Source: Bacteroidota bacterium (lineage in GTDB: Bacteria > Bacteroidota > Bacteroidia > AKYH767-A > JAHEYN01). Taken from it: a stretch of 64,000 nucleotides of DNA. The notes under the pieces are model-generated. The model worked only from the letters and a program-made list of their open reading frames with translations. It had not been told where the DNA came from and searched no databases. The translations under genes were made by a program, and so were the position numbers. Below are positions 39,114 to 49,136 of this stretch, one piece after another (position 1 is the stretch's first letter; each line of letters starts with the position of its first letter). The stretch is from NCBI GenBank assembly GCA_947448795.1, contig CANFOZ010000002.1, positions 29,642-93,641 on the forward strand, given 5' to 3'.

Positions 39114-40667
39114 TCAAATCTTGATTTCTTCGTCGCTGGAATTGAAAAAACGATGTTCCAAAAAGTGATAGGAGGAAACCGATTTTATCTTTATGCGCTT
39201 CTTGTATTTGAGCCACCACTTGTTTTGAATAGATGACACAAGTCCTTTGGTTAGATATGCTTCCAAGTAAGGATGTACATGCAAAGTAAGGCTTGGCTCG
39301 TTTTGTTCTTTTAGGAAATAACGAATTGTGTTCTCAAGTTCGTCAATCAGCAAAATACTGGCCTTAACCTCGCCTGTACCTTCACAGGATGGACATTTTT
39401 CGGCCGTCGTTATATTCATCTCAGGACGAACACGCTCGCGGGTGATTTGAACCAATCCGAATTTACTTGGTGGCAGAATAGTATGCTGCGCACGATCACG
39501 CTTCATCTCTTCTTTAAGCTTGATGTAAAGCGCTTTGCGATTCAATGGACTGTGCATGTCTATGAAATCGACAACGATGATGCCGCCCATATCGCGCAGA
39601 CGAAGCTGTCTTGCAATCTCTTTTGCAGCATCCAAATTTACGGCAAGTGCATTGGCTTCTTGGTTGTCACCCGATTTGCTGCGAACACCGCTGTTCACAT
39701 CAATCACATGGAGGGCTTCGGTATGCTCGATAACAAGGTAAGATCCGTTCGGAACAGTAACTGTTTTGCCGAACAAGCTCTTAATCAATTTATCTACTCC
39801 GTATTGCTCAAAAATAGGGAGCTTGCCCTTGTGTAATTTTGCGATGCCCTCTTTCTCTGGCGCAATCGCTTTCAAGTATTTTTTAATCTCTTCGTAAACT
39901 GTAGCATCGTTTACCGTCACCCCTTGAAAATCTTCGCTGAGAAGATCACGCAGGATAGTGGTGGTACGATTCATCTCGCCAAGCACACGCTCCGGCGGTT
40001 TCGCAGTCTTTAAGTTTGTATAAAGTGTCGACCACTTCTCACGAAGGTCAATAATGTCTTTCTCTATTTCAGCCACCTGCTTTCCTTCGGCAGCCGTGCG
40101 CACAATCACCCCAAAATTCTTGGGCTTGATGCTCTGCACCAAACGCTTTAGTCGCGTGCGCTCTTCTGAGCTTTTTATTTTTTGAGAAATTGAAACCTGA
40201 TCGGAAAAGGGGATAAGAACCAAATCACGACCTGCTATGGATAAGTCAGAACTGATGCGAGGACCTTTCGTTGAGATAGGCTCTTTCGCAACCTGAACAA
40301 GCACCCATTGGTTGACAGTAAGGGCTTGTGATATTTTACCTCCCTTGTCTATGTCGGTGTCTAATTGAAAATTGTCCAAAAAGGCATTGTCGCTTTTTTC
40401 ACCCAATACATATTTGGTGTATTTGTGCAACGACTTGACCTGAGGCCCGAGGTCGAGATAATGCAAAAAAGCATCCCGCTCATGCCCTACATCAACAAAT
40501 GCAGCATTAAGGCTTGGGATGAGTTTTTTAACTCTACCCAGGTATATGTCTCCTACGGCAAACTGATTATCCTTGCGTTCCCGGTGCAACTCAGCGAGCT
40601 GCTTGTCTTCCAATAATGCAATGTTAACCTCGGTCGTAGAAGCATCAACAATTAGTTCTTTAACCAC
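39114..40667 (-). CDS. rng: Ribonuclease G/E family endoribonuclease.
   Basis: 517 aa. S1 domain (GDIYLGRVKKLIPSLNAAFVDVG), a DNase-I-like catalytic core and a Zn-link CPSCEGTG. Confidence 0.85.
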   Translation of the reverse strand: MVKELIVDASTTEVNIALLEDKQLAELHRERKDNQFAVGDIYLGRVKKLIPSLNAAFVDVGHERDAFLHYLDLGPQVKSLHKYTKYVLGEKSDNAFLDNFQLDTDIDKGGKISQALTVNQWVLVQVAKEPISTKGPRISSDLSIAGRDLVLIPFSDQVSISQKIKSSEERTRLKRLVQSIKPKNFGVIVRTAAEGKQVAEIEKDIIDLREKWSTLYTNLKTAKPPERVLGEMNRTTTILRDLLSEDFQGVTVNDATVYEEIKKYLKAIAPEKEGIAKLHKGKLPIFEQYGVDKLIKSLFGKTVTVPNGSYLVIEHTEALHVIDVNSGVRSKSGDNQEANALAVNLDAAKEIARQLRLRDMGGIIVVDFIDMHSPLNRKALYIKLKEEMKRDRAQHTILPPSKFGLVQITRERVRPEMNITTAEKCPSCEGTGEVKASILLIDELENTIRYFLKEQNEPSLTLHVHPYLEAYLTKGLVSSIQNKWWLKYKKRIKIKSVSSYHFLEHRFFNSSDEEIKI

Positions 40668-40807
40668 TAGATTTCATAATTAATAGGAATTCGCATTTCC
40701 GGATCTGGAAAAAACAGGTACTCCACAATAAAACACGATGACAGGATCCGAGTAAACGGCAATATCCTAAACCGATAATGGATAATAGATCCGAAAACGG
40801 AATTACA

Positions 40808-40897
40808 AAAAGAAACTATTTCTTCTTATGACGATTCTTCCTTAAGCGTTTTTTACGCTTGTGGGTAGCCATTTTATGTCTTTTTCTCTTCTTTCCG
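40808..40897 (-). CDS. 29-aa highly basic protein resembling ribosomal protein bS22 (AURKAIP1/COX24-like). It is not in the supplied ORF track.
   Basis: The reverse strand encodes MPSGKKRKRHKMATHKRKKRLRKNRHKKK followed by a stop. It is ~70% Lys/Arg/His and resembles mycobacterial bS22 (…[20 protein letters not shown]…). It sits in a 290-nt gap between the TPR gene and rng on the same strand. Confidence 0.5.
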
Positions 40898-40956
40898 CTA
40901 GGCATGGTAAATGTATTTTATAAATTATAAATCGATTATTTCAATTCTATCTCGGA

Positions 40957-41598
40957 TTAACTCGCCGACTGTAGCTTGGCAATCCATGATTCAGCCTCTT
41001 GCTTTATCGAGGGTTCCGTGCTTTTCTCCTTCAATCGCATGAAGATTTCAAGCGCTTTTTTTCGGTTCCCTGTTTCGGCATAAGTTCGTCCGAGGAGCAA
41101 AAGTACATTATTATTTTCAGAATCTAACACAATTACCTTTTCAAAGCGATCTATGGCTTTGTCAAGCTGGCCACTTTGTAGGGATAAAAGACCTAAAAAT
41201 AGTTGCCCGTTCTCGTGATTCGGGTCCGTTTTCACCACTTCTCGAAGCATCATAATGCCGCTCATCGGTTGCGGTGATGCCTCCGCCAAACAAAATCCCA
41301 TCCCTGCTTTGGCATCCAAGTTGCTCGGATCTTGCTGCAACACCTGCTTGTAAACAGCAATGGCCGTTTTGCCCATCGATTCACGTGCCGCGGCATCCTG
41401 TTGCCCCGACAAAAGATCGCGCAAACTATCAGCGGTGTTTAAAAGAAAGGCAACAGAACCGCTTGTCGTTGGAGCTGATTCAGCTGCCGTTTGCTCAGTT
41501 TTTTTAGTATTCGGCTCCTGTGTGGGCAAAAAATACAGCGCTAATGTCAAAAGCAAAGCAGCTCCAAAAGCGCTAAGTAGTAATTTGGTGGAATTCAT
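40957..41598 (-). CDS. Tetratricopeptide-repeat protein with an N-terminal signal/anchor.
   Basis: N-terminal hydrophobic segment, then three or four TPR-like helix pairs (AKAGMGFCLAEA..., GQLFLGLLSLQSGQLDKAIDRFEKV, LLLLGRTYAETGNRKKALEIF). Confidence 0.6.
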   Translation of the reverse strand: MNSTKLLLSAFGAALLLTLALYFLPTQEPNTKKTEQTAAESAPTTSGSVAFLLNTADSLRDLLSGQQDAAARESMGKTAIAVYKQVLQQDPSNLDAKAGMGFCLAEASPQPMSGIMMLREVVKTDPNHENGQLFLGLLSLQSGQLDKAIDRFEKVIVLDSENNNVLLLLGRTYAETGNRKKALEIFMRLKEKSTEPSIKQEAESWIAKLQSAS

Positions 41599-41641
41599 GA
41601 GCTATGCTAATACGTATGAAAAAGCTGTCTTTACGAAAGAA

Positions 41642-41932
41642 CTATTTGGTCGTTTTGACCGATTTTACCTTATCCGAGAAGTTCTTGGCCGGCTTAAAGC
41701 TGGGAATAAAATGCTCAGGAATGATAAGGGTCGTGTTTTTTGAAATGTTGCGCGCCAACTTCCTAGCGCGTTTCTTTACTAAGAAAGTACCAAAGCCGCG
41801 TAAATAAATATTCTCGCCAACCGCCATGCGGTTTTTAACGCTTTTCATGAAACTTTCTAAGATGCTCGAAACCTGCGTCTTCTCGATGCCTGTTTTTAAA
41901 GCAATTTCATTGATGATTTCTGCCTTCGTCAT
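41642..41932 (-). CDS. hup: HU-family DNA-binding protein.
   Basis: MTKAEIINEIA...GENIYLRGFGTF with a Lys-rich C-terminal tail. Confidence 0.85.
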   Translation of the reverse strand: MTKAEIINEIALKTGIEKTQVSSILESFMKSVKNRMAVGENIYLRGFGTFLVKKRARKLARNISKNTTLIIPEHFIPSFKPAKNFSDKVKSVKTTK

Positions 41933-42023
41933 AGGCTTAAGTGTTGATTTGACTGCAAGTTACTTAAAACCCATTGCTCAAAAAAATTAATTAAAAACTA
42001 ATTTTGTCCCTAACTCAACAATT

Positions 42024-43115
42024 ATGAACGTCGCAAGGGAACTTTTCAATTGGTATCAAGACAACAAAAGGGACCTGCCTTGGCGCAGAACCCGAGATCC
42101 ATATCGGATATGGCTCTCTGAAATAATTCTCCAACAAACACGGGTAGAGCAGGGGCGTCCTTACTACGAACGCTTCTTGCAATCGTTTCCAACCCTTGCT
42201 GATTTGGCCGCAGCTGACGAACAAGAAGTACTTAAGCTTTGGCAGGGACTCGGTTATTACAGCCGCGCTCGCAATTTGCACGCTGCAGCAAAGCAGGTGA
42301 TGAACGAATTTCAAGGACAGTTTCCAAGCACGCCCGATACCATTAAATCGCTCAAAGGTGTTGGTGATTATACCAGCGCTGCAATCGCTTCTTTTGCCTT
42401 TGATCTGCCGCAGCCGGTCCTCGATGGCAATGTGTTCCGTTTCTTGTCGCGTTACTTTGGCGTGCATACACCCATCGACTCGCTTGCTGGTCGCAGAGCA
42501 TTCCAATCGATTGCTCAGGGAATCATCGACCACCGCGATCCAGCCACTTTCAATCAGGCAATAATGGAATTTGGTGCCTTGCAATGCAAGCCCGTAAATC
42601 CTGCATGTGAGCAATGTCCGCTTGCTAAAGAATGCATCGCTTTCCGGAATGCGAAAGTGAGCGAATTGCCCGTAAAAAAAACAAAGACCAAGGTCCGCGA
42701 CCGCTTTTTTAATTACCTCTGGATTCGAAGCGATGAGCATTGTTGGGTGAATCAACGAGTTGCAAACGACATCTGGCAAAACCTATACGAACTTCCCTTG
42801 ATCGAAACGGATGCTCCGTGTTCACTAAAAAAGCTTCCCGAAACAACAGCTTGGAACCGTATTTTTGGCGAGGCTACCTTCCGCTTGAAAAAAGCTGGAC
42901 CAGATCTTCGTCACTTGCTATCTCATCAAAAAATCCATGCGCGCTTTTTTGAGTTAACGATAAATACCGAGCTTGACGCTAGCGTTTATCGCAAAGTAAA
43001 TCAAGCAGAACTGCTCGCATTGCCAGTATCACGATTGATGGAACTTTTTATGCAAGGCCAAATGAAAAAAACACTATTTTTGCTCACACCCCCAAGCTCA
43101 AGTAAAATCAAGTAA
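42024..43115 (+). CDS. mutY: A/G-specific adenine DNA glycosylase.
   Basis: HhH-GPD (LKGVGDYTSAAIASFAF), a 4Fe-4S cluster loop (CKPVNPACEQCPLAKEC) and a C-terminal NUDIX-like domain. Confidence 0.9.
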   Translation: MNVARELFNWYQDNKRDLPWRRTRDPYRIWLSEIILQQTRVEQGRPYYERFLQSFPTLADLAAADEQEVLKLWQGLGYYSRARNLHAAAKQVMNEFQGQFPSTPDTIKSLKGVGDYTSAAIASFAFDLPQPVLDGNVFRFLSRYFGVHTPIDSLAGRRAFQSIAQGIIDHRDPATFNQAIMEFGALQCKPVNPACEQCPLAKECIAFRNAKVSELPVKKTKTKVRDRFFNYLWIRSDEHCWVNQRVANDIWQNLYELPLIETDAPCSLKKLPETTAWNRIFGEATFRLKKAGPDLRHLLSHQKIHARFFELTINTELDASVYRKVNQAELLALPVSRLMELFMQGQMKKTLFLLTPPSSSKIK

Positions 43116-43126
43116 AATAGAATCGT

Positions 43127-43564
43127 ATGTCTGGAGTCAACAAAGTAATTCTCGTCGGGAATGTGGGTAAAGATCCCGAGATCCGTTATTTAGAAAGTAA
43201 TGTGCCCGTTGCAAAATTCACCCTTGCTACTAACGAAGTTTACCGCAATAAAGACGGTCAAAAAATCGAGCAAACAGAGTGGCATCAAATTGTGCTGTGG
43301 CGTCATCTCGCAGAGGTAGCCGAAAAGTTCGTTCGTAAAGGAACACTCCTTTATGTTGAAGGACGTATCAAAAGCCGCAGCTGGGTAGATAAAGACGGTG
43401 TAAAAAAATACACCACAGAAATTGAGGGTGAGAACATTACCATTCTTAGCAAACGCAACGAGGATGCTCAGCCTGTTTTGCAAGCTAACTCAGCTCCAGA
43501 ACAGGCTCGTGAACAAGATTCGAACTCAATCTCGAATGTGTCCTCTGATGGATTGCCTTTTTAA
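43127..43564 (+). CDS. ssb: Single-stranded DNA-binding protein.
   Basis: OB fold (VNKVILVGNVGKDPEIRY...TEWHQIVLWRHLAE) and an acidic C-terminal tip DGLPF. Confidence 0.9.
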   Translation: MSGVNKVILVGNVGKDPEIRYLESNVPVAKFTLATNEVYRNKDGQKIEQTEWHQIVLWRHLAEVAEKFVRKGTLLYVEGRIKSRSWVDKDGVKKYTTEIEGENITILSKRNEDAQPVLQANSAPEQAREQDSNSISNVSSDGLPF

Positions 43565-43608
43565 TTCGCTGCTGAAAAAAGGTTTTATTCACTCGTTTAT
43601 TCCCTCCA

Positions 43609-44985
43609 TTGATACCCCTCCTTGTTCATACGCAATTTTTAGTGTTCGTCATCTTGGACGGACTTCTTCGTGAGTTTCAGTTGCTTCCTGTTTGGCAAAG
43701 CTTGCTGCTTCTGCTGCTTGTTTTTTCGGTAGCCCTAATCTCGGGCTCAGAAGTGGCCTTTTTCTCTTTATCGCCAAAGCAATTGGCTGAACTAAAAAGA
43801 AGTCGCTCTTCGTCGAGTCACGCAATCTTGCGCTTGCTCGCCGATCCTCGAAAGCTGCTAGCCACGCTGCTCATCGCAAATAATTTTTTGACGATCACCA
43901 TCGTCATTCTCGCTTCCATAATCATTGGCGAGATTTTTAATTTCATTCAATACCCAGGTCTGCAATTTGTCTTTGAAGTAGTAATTGTATCTGTGATCAT
44001 CGTGCTCTTCGGTGAAGTGATGCCGAAGATTTATGCTACACGTAAATCCATTAGCCTTGCTCGTTTCATGGCTTTCCCGATTCTCATGCTTGATCGTGTC
44101 TTTGCGCCGCTGAGCTTTCTTTTGGTGTCAACCACAAAGCTTGTTGACAAACGCATGCAGAAGCGAGGATACGAGATATCTGTCGACGAACTCACCCACG
44201 CCATCGATATTACAAGCGACATTAGCACCGCCGGTGATGAGAAAAAAATTCTGAAAGGCATCGTTAAATTTGGAAATATTGATGTGCGTCAAATCATGCG
44301 CGCGCGCATCGATGTTATCTCTTTCGACTACAAAACTAGCTTTACCCAACTCGTTGAAAAGATTCGCGAATCGGGATATTCGAGAGTACCAGTTTACGAA
44401 AACAACTTCGATAAAGTACTAGGTATAATCTATATCAAAGATGTGCTTCCACACTTGGGTTCCGACGATCAGTTTAAGTGGCAGTCGCTTTTGAGGCAGC
44501 CTTACTTTGTTCCGGAAAGCAAAAAAATAAGTGATCTGCTGAGGGAGTTTCAAAAACGCAAAAACCACATGGCTGTTGTTGTTGATGAATATGGCGGCAC
44601 TTCCGGAATCGTAACACTAGAGGATATCCTCGAAGAAATCGTTGGTGAAATAAACGACGAGTTCGATGACGATGAGATGGTCTACTCAAAGTTGGATGAG
44701 CATACCTATGTCTTTGAAGGCAAAGCCTTGCTGAATGATGTTTGTCGGATCATGGAGCTCGATCGATCGATACTGGAGGCATCTGGATTAGAGGCCGACA
44801 CCTTGGCTGGCTTGATCTTGGAGATAGCAGGCAAAATCCCGCGCAAAAACGAGCTCGTTGAATTTATTCCGGTTACCGGCGAAAAAGATTTTACGTTCAA
44901 AATGGAGTCGGTAGACAAAAGACGTATTCATCGGGTGAAAATTTCTTTTGTCGATAAGCCTGTTTCTGAAAGTGAGTCAAACTAA
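43609..44985 (+). CDS. gldE: Gliding-motility-associated CNNM/CorC-family membrane protein GldE. The start codon is uncertain (TTG).
   Basis: DUF21 TM domain, a CBS pair and a CorC_HlyC C-terminus. The mutY–ssb–gldE–gldD synteny is known from Flavobacterium johnsoniae. Confidence 0.7.
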   Translation: MIPLLVHTQFLVFVILDGLLREFQLLPVWQSLLLLLLVFSVALISGSEVAFFSLSPKQLAELKRSRSSSSHAILRLLADPRKLLATLLIANNFLTITIVILASIIIGEIFNFIQYPGLQFVFEVVIVSVIIVLFGEVMPKIYATRKSISLARFMAFPILMLDRVFAPLSFLLVSTTKLVDKRMQKRGYEISVDELTHAIDITSDISTAGDEKKILKGIVKFGNIDVRQIMRARIDVISFDYKTSFTQLVEKIRESGYSRVPVYENNFDKVLGIIYIKDVLPHLGSDDQFKWQSLLRQPYFVPESKKISDLLREFQKRKNHMAVVVDEYGGTSGIVTLEDILEEIVGEINDEFDDDEMVYSKLDEHTYVFEGKALLNDVCRIMELDRSILEASGLEADTLAGLILEIAGKIPRKNELVEFIPVTGEKDFTFKMESVDKRRIHRVKISFVDKPVSESESN

Positions 44986-44995
44986 GTACATCCCT

Positions 44996-45562
44996 ATGCG
45001 CCAATCCTCGTTTCTGCTGCTCTTTGTTGTCCTTGTTGGAATGGCATGTAAGCATGAATACACACCTAAACCACCGGGGTATTTTAGAATCGATTTTCCA
45101 AAAAAGGAATACCGCACACTTGTTTCAGACTGTCCCTTCACCTTCGATTATCCTATCTATTGTGCGATTGAAAAGGACACCTATCCTGGCGCAATGCCGT
45201 GTTGGCTTAACATCGAGTTTCCTACCTATAAAGCAACGATCCACCTCAGCTATAAAGAGCTGCATGATGATTTGCGCAAAATGACAGAAGACAGTCGCAC
45301 GCTTGCTATGAAACATGCCGTGAAAGCAGAAGAGATCGATGAGAATCCGTTCATAACCCCCTTTAAATGTTATGGTTTACTCTATGATATCAAGGGCAAT
45401 GCTGCTTCGCCTATTCAGTTTTACCTAACCGATTCAAGCAAGCACTTTCTTCGTGCATCCTTGTACTTCAATGTGCCTCCCAAAGCGGATTCATTGAAAC
45501 CCGTACTTGTTTTTATTCAACAAGACATTACTCGAATGCTTGATTCATTTCACTGGAAGTGA
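44996..45562 (+). CDS. gldD: Gliding motility lipoprotein GldD.
   Basis: Start at the ATG at 44996 (MRQSSFLLLFVVLVGMAC, lipoprotein-like). ~188 aa, immediately downstream of gldE. Confidence 0.6.
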   Translation: MRQSSFLLLFVVLVGMACKHEYTPKPPGYFRIDFPKKEYRTLVSDCPFTFDYPIYCAIEKDTYPGAMPCWLNIEFPTYKATIHLSYKELHDDLRKMTEDSRTLAMKHAVKAEEIDENPFITPFKCYGLLYDIKGNAASPIQFYLTDSSKHFLRASLYFNVPPKADSLKPVLVFIQQDITRMLDSFHWK

Positions 45563-45576
45563 TCAGTATAATCCTT

Positions 45577-45610
45577 AAAAAAAAAGAGGCCTTTATGGCC
45601 TCTTTTTTGT
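45577..45610. terminator. Bidirectional rho-independent terminator between convergent gldD and an OmpA-family gene.
   Basis: AAAAAAAAGAGGCC-TTTAT-GGCCTCTTTTTTG. A perfect 8-bp GC-containing stem flanked by an A-run on one side and a T-run on the other. Confidence 0.75.
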
Positions 45611-45621
45611 TGTCGCTTTTC

Positions 45622-46632
45622 TTAATTGGTTTCCAAAACCTTTAACAACTCATCCAGTTTTGGACTGAGTATAATTTCGGTGCGGCGATTCTTTTTGCGT
45701 GCCTCCGGTGTCTTTGCTGCTTCTATTGGGAAATGTTCACCGCGGCCTGCCGATGACAAACGCTTTGGATCAATCGTCGTCCCTGCTAGCAATATTTTTA
45801 CTACCGCAGTGGCTCGCAATACGCTCAGGTCCCAGTTGTCTTTAATCTCGCCTGTGCCCTTCATCGGAACGTCATCTGTGTGCCCTTCAACCATTATATT
45901 GATGTCTGGTTTCTGTTCCAGAACTTTGGCTAGCTGCTTTATTGCTTCTTGCCCCTTAGGGTCAACCTGCGTGCTTCCAGAGGCGAAGAGCAGACGCTCC
46001 TCCAAAGAAACATACACCTTTCCGTTTTTCTGCTCAACGGTAAGACCCTGGTCTTTGAAGCCCAACAATGCTGCAGCAACTGTGTTTTTCAAAGCGTTAA
46101 CTACGGAGTCTTTTCTGTTTAAAATGGATTGCAATTCGTTGACCTTGACCTCGCGTTGTTGAAGTTGTAAGCGTTGCTCTTCCAATTCCTTAGTCGATTG
46201 TTTTAAAGCGTCTTCTTTTTTTACCAACTCTTCTTGCGTAGCGTTTAATTGGGTCATTAATTTTTTGGCTTCAGCACTGCTTCCAGACATTAGCTTTTCA
46301 TTATTTGCGATGAGTTTTTCATACGCACTTGTGAGTTGGTCATGAACCTCTGTCAGATGGTCGAGGTCTTTAGCAAAACGAGCTGTGTCCTCCTCAAGAT
46401 GACCGACTCGTTTCTTAATGTCCATGATCACGGTCGACAGTTCGGTGTTGTTGGCCGACAGGTCCTGATTCTGTTGCTTTAACTGGGTATTGTTGTCCGA
46501 TGCCTCTTGATACTTCGCCTTCAGGTCGTTGAATTGCCTGGAGGGAACACATGAGGCAAAAACGAGCAAACCACTAATGGCGATGTAAACAAGCTTGAAT
46601 CGAATTGTTTTTCCGGAGTTTGATAGGCGCAT
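45622..46632 (-). CDS. OmpA/MotB-domain protein with a long coiled-coil region.
   Basis: N-terminal signal/anchor, ~200 aa of heptad-rich Gln/Glu/Leu/Lys sequence, and a C-terminal OmpA_C domain (NIMVEGHTDD...LSVLRATAV...GRGE...NRRTEI). Confidence 0.75.
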   Translation of the reverse strand: MRLSNSGKTIRFKLVYIAISGLLVFASCVPSRQFNDLKAKYQEASDNNTQLKQQNQDLSANNTELSTVIMDIKKRVGHLEEDTARFAKDLDHLTEVHDQLTSAYEKLIANNEKLMSGSSAEAKKLMTQLNATQEELVKKEDALKQSTKELEEQRLQLQQREVKVNELQSILNRKDSVVNALKNTVAAALLGFKDQGLTVEQKNGKVYVSLEERLLFASGSTQVDPKGQEAIKQLAKVLEQKPDINIMVEGHTDDVPMKGTGEIKDNWDLSVLRATAVVKILLAGTTIDPKRLSSAGRGEHFPIEAAKTPEARKKNRRTEIILSPKLDELLKVLETN

Positions 46633-46788
46633 TTGGATGGGGTTATATTGACTGTAAAGATAACGGCTCGAGAACGGTTAGATATTCGTGTGTAGCGTTC
46701 GTTTATTAACCTGTTTATTAACACTCAACGAAAAAAGTACAGTAACATTTCATCCAACTCTTTCGTTTACAAAATAAATTCGCCGACC

Positions 46789-47511
46789 ATGAAACAGCTC
46801 GCCTCTAATTGGCTTACCGAAAGCCACATCGATTTTGAATATAAAAAGTATATGCTTTTAGCGTATTTGCAGGATGTTAGCAAGCATTTCGACCAGGCAT
46901 TTTTGTATCCAGGCATGACCGATTTAGTCATGCATTATCGTAATCTAATTCATTTACGAGATAGCAGACAACATTTGCTAGAGCAGTTTCCGGAGCGCAT
47001 TGCGTCAACCGATATGGAAAATTTTAAAATTATTTTTAAGAAAATTGTAGAAGATGATCAACTCATGCAGGAGCTGGTCAATATCATCGATTTTTCGATT
47101 CCTGAATTCGAAAAACACTTGCAAGAAGGCAAGCGAATTTATGAGTTTGTCGAAGCTCACTTAAACATTCAGCCCGTGGGTGTGATGCCTTTGAATGCTG
47201 GCGAAGGTTACATTCTCTTGAGAAATGGCCCCAAAACGGAGACACGCGTATTTGAATACCAAATTTCCTTTTTCGAGAATCCACGAGATCGATATAGGAG
47301 CATCGTGACGCAGCACCTTGCAGACTTCAAATACAACATCAGTAATTCGTACGAAAATATTAAAACTGAACTCTTGCGTACCTATCGGAAATTACCCAAT
47401 CCGGCAACCTATTTGATTGAGTCTGATATGTGCTTCCCTTTGACCGAATCGTTGATTCCTGTTGCCAAGCGTTCTTTCGTAAAGTACCTTGCATCAAACA
47501 AGGCCTGCTGA
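46789..47511 (+). CDS. Conserved hypothetical protein.
   Basis: 240-aa ORF with ordinary codon usage and no recognisable motif. Confidence 0.45.
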   Translation: MKQLASNWLTESHIDFEYKKYMLLAYLQDVSKHFDQAFLYPGMTDLVMHYRNLIHLRDSRQHLLEQFPERIASTDMENFKIIFKKIVEDDQLMQELVNIIDFSIPEFEKHLQEGKRIYEFVEAHLNIQPVGVMPLNAGEGYILLRNGPKTETRVFEYQISFFENPRDRYRSIVTQHLADFKYNISNSYENIKTELLRTYRKLPNPATYLIESDMCFPLTESLIPVAKRSFVKYLASNKAC

Positions 47512-48222
47512 TTATTCTTCGGTGCTTGTCGCTTCTTCTAAATCGTCTTCGTCACCTTGACCTGCAACAACGATTACAAGCTCTCCCTTCACCGTTTTAG
47601 CCCGAAAATAATCGGCTAGCTCAACAAGGGTTCCGCGCTTCGTTTCTTCATACATTTTAGTAAGCTCTCTGCTTACAGATGCCTGTCTATTTTTGCCAAA
47701 ATACTCGGCAAATTGGTCAAGTGTTTTAACTAGACGGAATGGCGATTCGTAGAAAATCAAGGTGCGCTCTTCCGTTGCCAATTTCAGCAAACGGGTGTGT
47801 CGACCCTTCTTCTGAGGAAGAAAACCTTCGAAACAAAATTTGTCACAAGGCAAGCCCGATTGGACCAAGGCGGGAATCAGTGCCGTGGCGCCAGGTAAGC
47901 ATTCTACCTCAATGCCTTTTCGGATACAGGCTCGCACTAAAAGAAATCCTGGGTCGGAAATGCCAGGGGTGCCAGCATCGCTTAGTAATGCAATCGTTTC
48001 GCCAAGGGCAATTCGTTCGCTGATGTGCTCAACCGTCTGATGCTCGTTGTGCTGATGATGGGAGTATATTTTTTTATCAATACCAAAATGGTTCAATAAA
48101 AATTTAGAGGTGCGTGTATCTTCGGCTAGCACCAAATCGCATGCCTTTAAAATCGTTAATGCACGAAGCGTGATGTCCTCGAGATTACCTATAGGTGTGG
48201 GGATGAGGAATAGCTTGGACAA
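47512..48222 (-). CDS. rsmI: 16S rRNA (cytidine1402-2'-O)-methyltransferase.
   Basis: Tetrapyrrole-methylase fold (LFLIPTPIGNLEDITLRAL...LVLAEDTRTS...ISDPG). Confidence 0.85.
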   Translation of the reverse strand: MSKLFLIPTPIGNLEDITLRALTILKACDLVLAEDTRTSKFLLNHFGIDKKIYSHHQHNEHQTVEHISERIALGETIALLSDAGTPGISDPGFLLVRACIRKGIEVECLPGATALIPALVQSGLPCDKFCFEGFLPQKKGRHTRLLKLATEERTLIFYESPFRLVKTLDQFAEYFGKNRQASVSRELTKMYEETKRGTLVELADYFRAKTVKGELVIVVAGQGDEDDLEEATSTEE

Positions 48223-48232
48223 GATGTTGGGA

Positions 48233-49009
48233 TCAAAGGAAACGGCGCTGAACGAGTTCCATGAAATCGGCTCGCACGAATTTGTTTTGGCTTTTCCAGT
48301 TATACTTGGAAGAGGGCCCGCTGCTAATGTAACTTTCAGCGGTAGTCAAATCGGCCGCTTGATTGATGCTGTCTATAGCACTATCAAAGGCCTCCGAACT
48401 TCCGTTGAAGAGGTCGCGTACAAAGATGAATTTTTCGTTTATACCAATTGCCGTTCTTAAATTAGAGATGGGCTTGACCTTCATTTCATTGGCCACAATC
48501 TTCTTGCTTTTGGTCAATGTAAGCTGATCGTTCAAAGTTGGGGTATCTCCAAATTTCTCGCGTAAAGAAGCTGCTGATCGAGTTGCTTCCGTTGGCACGG
48601 AGTCCATGTCGAAGGTTATAGCGCTTGCTTCAGGTGCACTAGCAGCCGCAGCAATTGGCTCCGGGCTTGCCGTAATTTCTTCTTGTTCTGCTTCTATTAC
48701 TGGCTCAGGAACTGGTTCTGATGCAAGAACAGCGCTTTTAGATGCGGTCGTCTTTTGATTTTCCGGTGTTGTTGCTGGCTCAGCCGGAGGGGCTGCTTCG
48801 ATTGCTTTTTCAACAGGTGGCGTTGGTAGAATTTCGTCGGGGAGATGCGATAACTCGTTGCAGAACTCATACATCGTACGCAGATCAGCTAGCATCATAT
48901 CCACCTCCATTCGTGGAGGTCGACCATCGATTTTCTTAAGCAGGTTGTGCCTTTGGCGAATTTTCTCCAGCAGCAAATCAATCTCGTTATGAAAAATATT
49001 TTTTGGCAT
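48233..49009 (-). CDS. Hypothetical protein with a Pro/Glu/Ala-rich low-complexity linker.
   Basis: 258 aa. Structured N-terminal (~60 aa) and C-terminal (~90 aa) regions flank a PEPVIEAEQEEITASPEPIAAAASAPEA-type spacer. Confidence 0.45.
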   Translation of the reverse strand: MPKNIFHNEIDLLLEKIRQRHNLLKKIDGRPPRMEVDMMLADLRTMYEFCNELSHLPDEILPTPPVEKAIEAAPPAEPATTPENQKTTASKSAVLASEPVPEPVIEAEQEEITASPEPIAAAASAPEASAITFDMDSVPTEATRSAASLREKFGDTPTLNDQLTLTKSKKIVANEMKVKPISNLRTAIGINEKFIFVRDLFNGSSEAFDSAIDSINQAADLTTAESYISSGPSSKYNWKSQNKFVRADFMELVQRRFL

Positions 49010-49043
49010 CGCGATAAAATAAAGTATTCAATCCCAATTATTA

Positions 49044-49051
49044 TACTTTTG
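49044..49051 (+). promoter_or_regulatory. Candidate Bacteroidota -7 promoter element (TAnnTTTG) upstream of tdk.
   Basis: TACTTTTG sits ~85 nt upstream of the tdk ATG in an AT-rich divergent intergenic region. I did not find a cleanly spaced -33 TTTG. Confidence 0.2.
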
Positions 49052-49136
49052 TAACATCAAATTTATAGATTAATATTCGTTTCCAACGGAGCTTTTTTCG
49101 ATTTTATTTGAAAGTTTTAACATAAGTTTCAACAGG

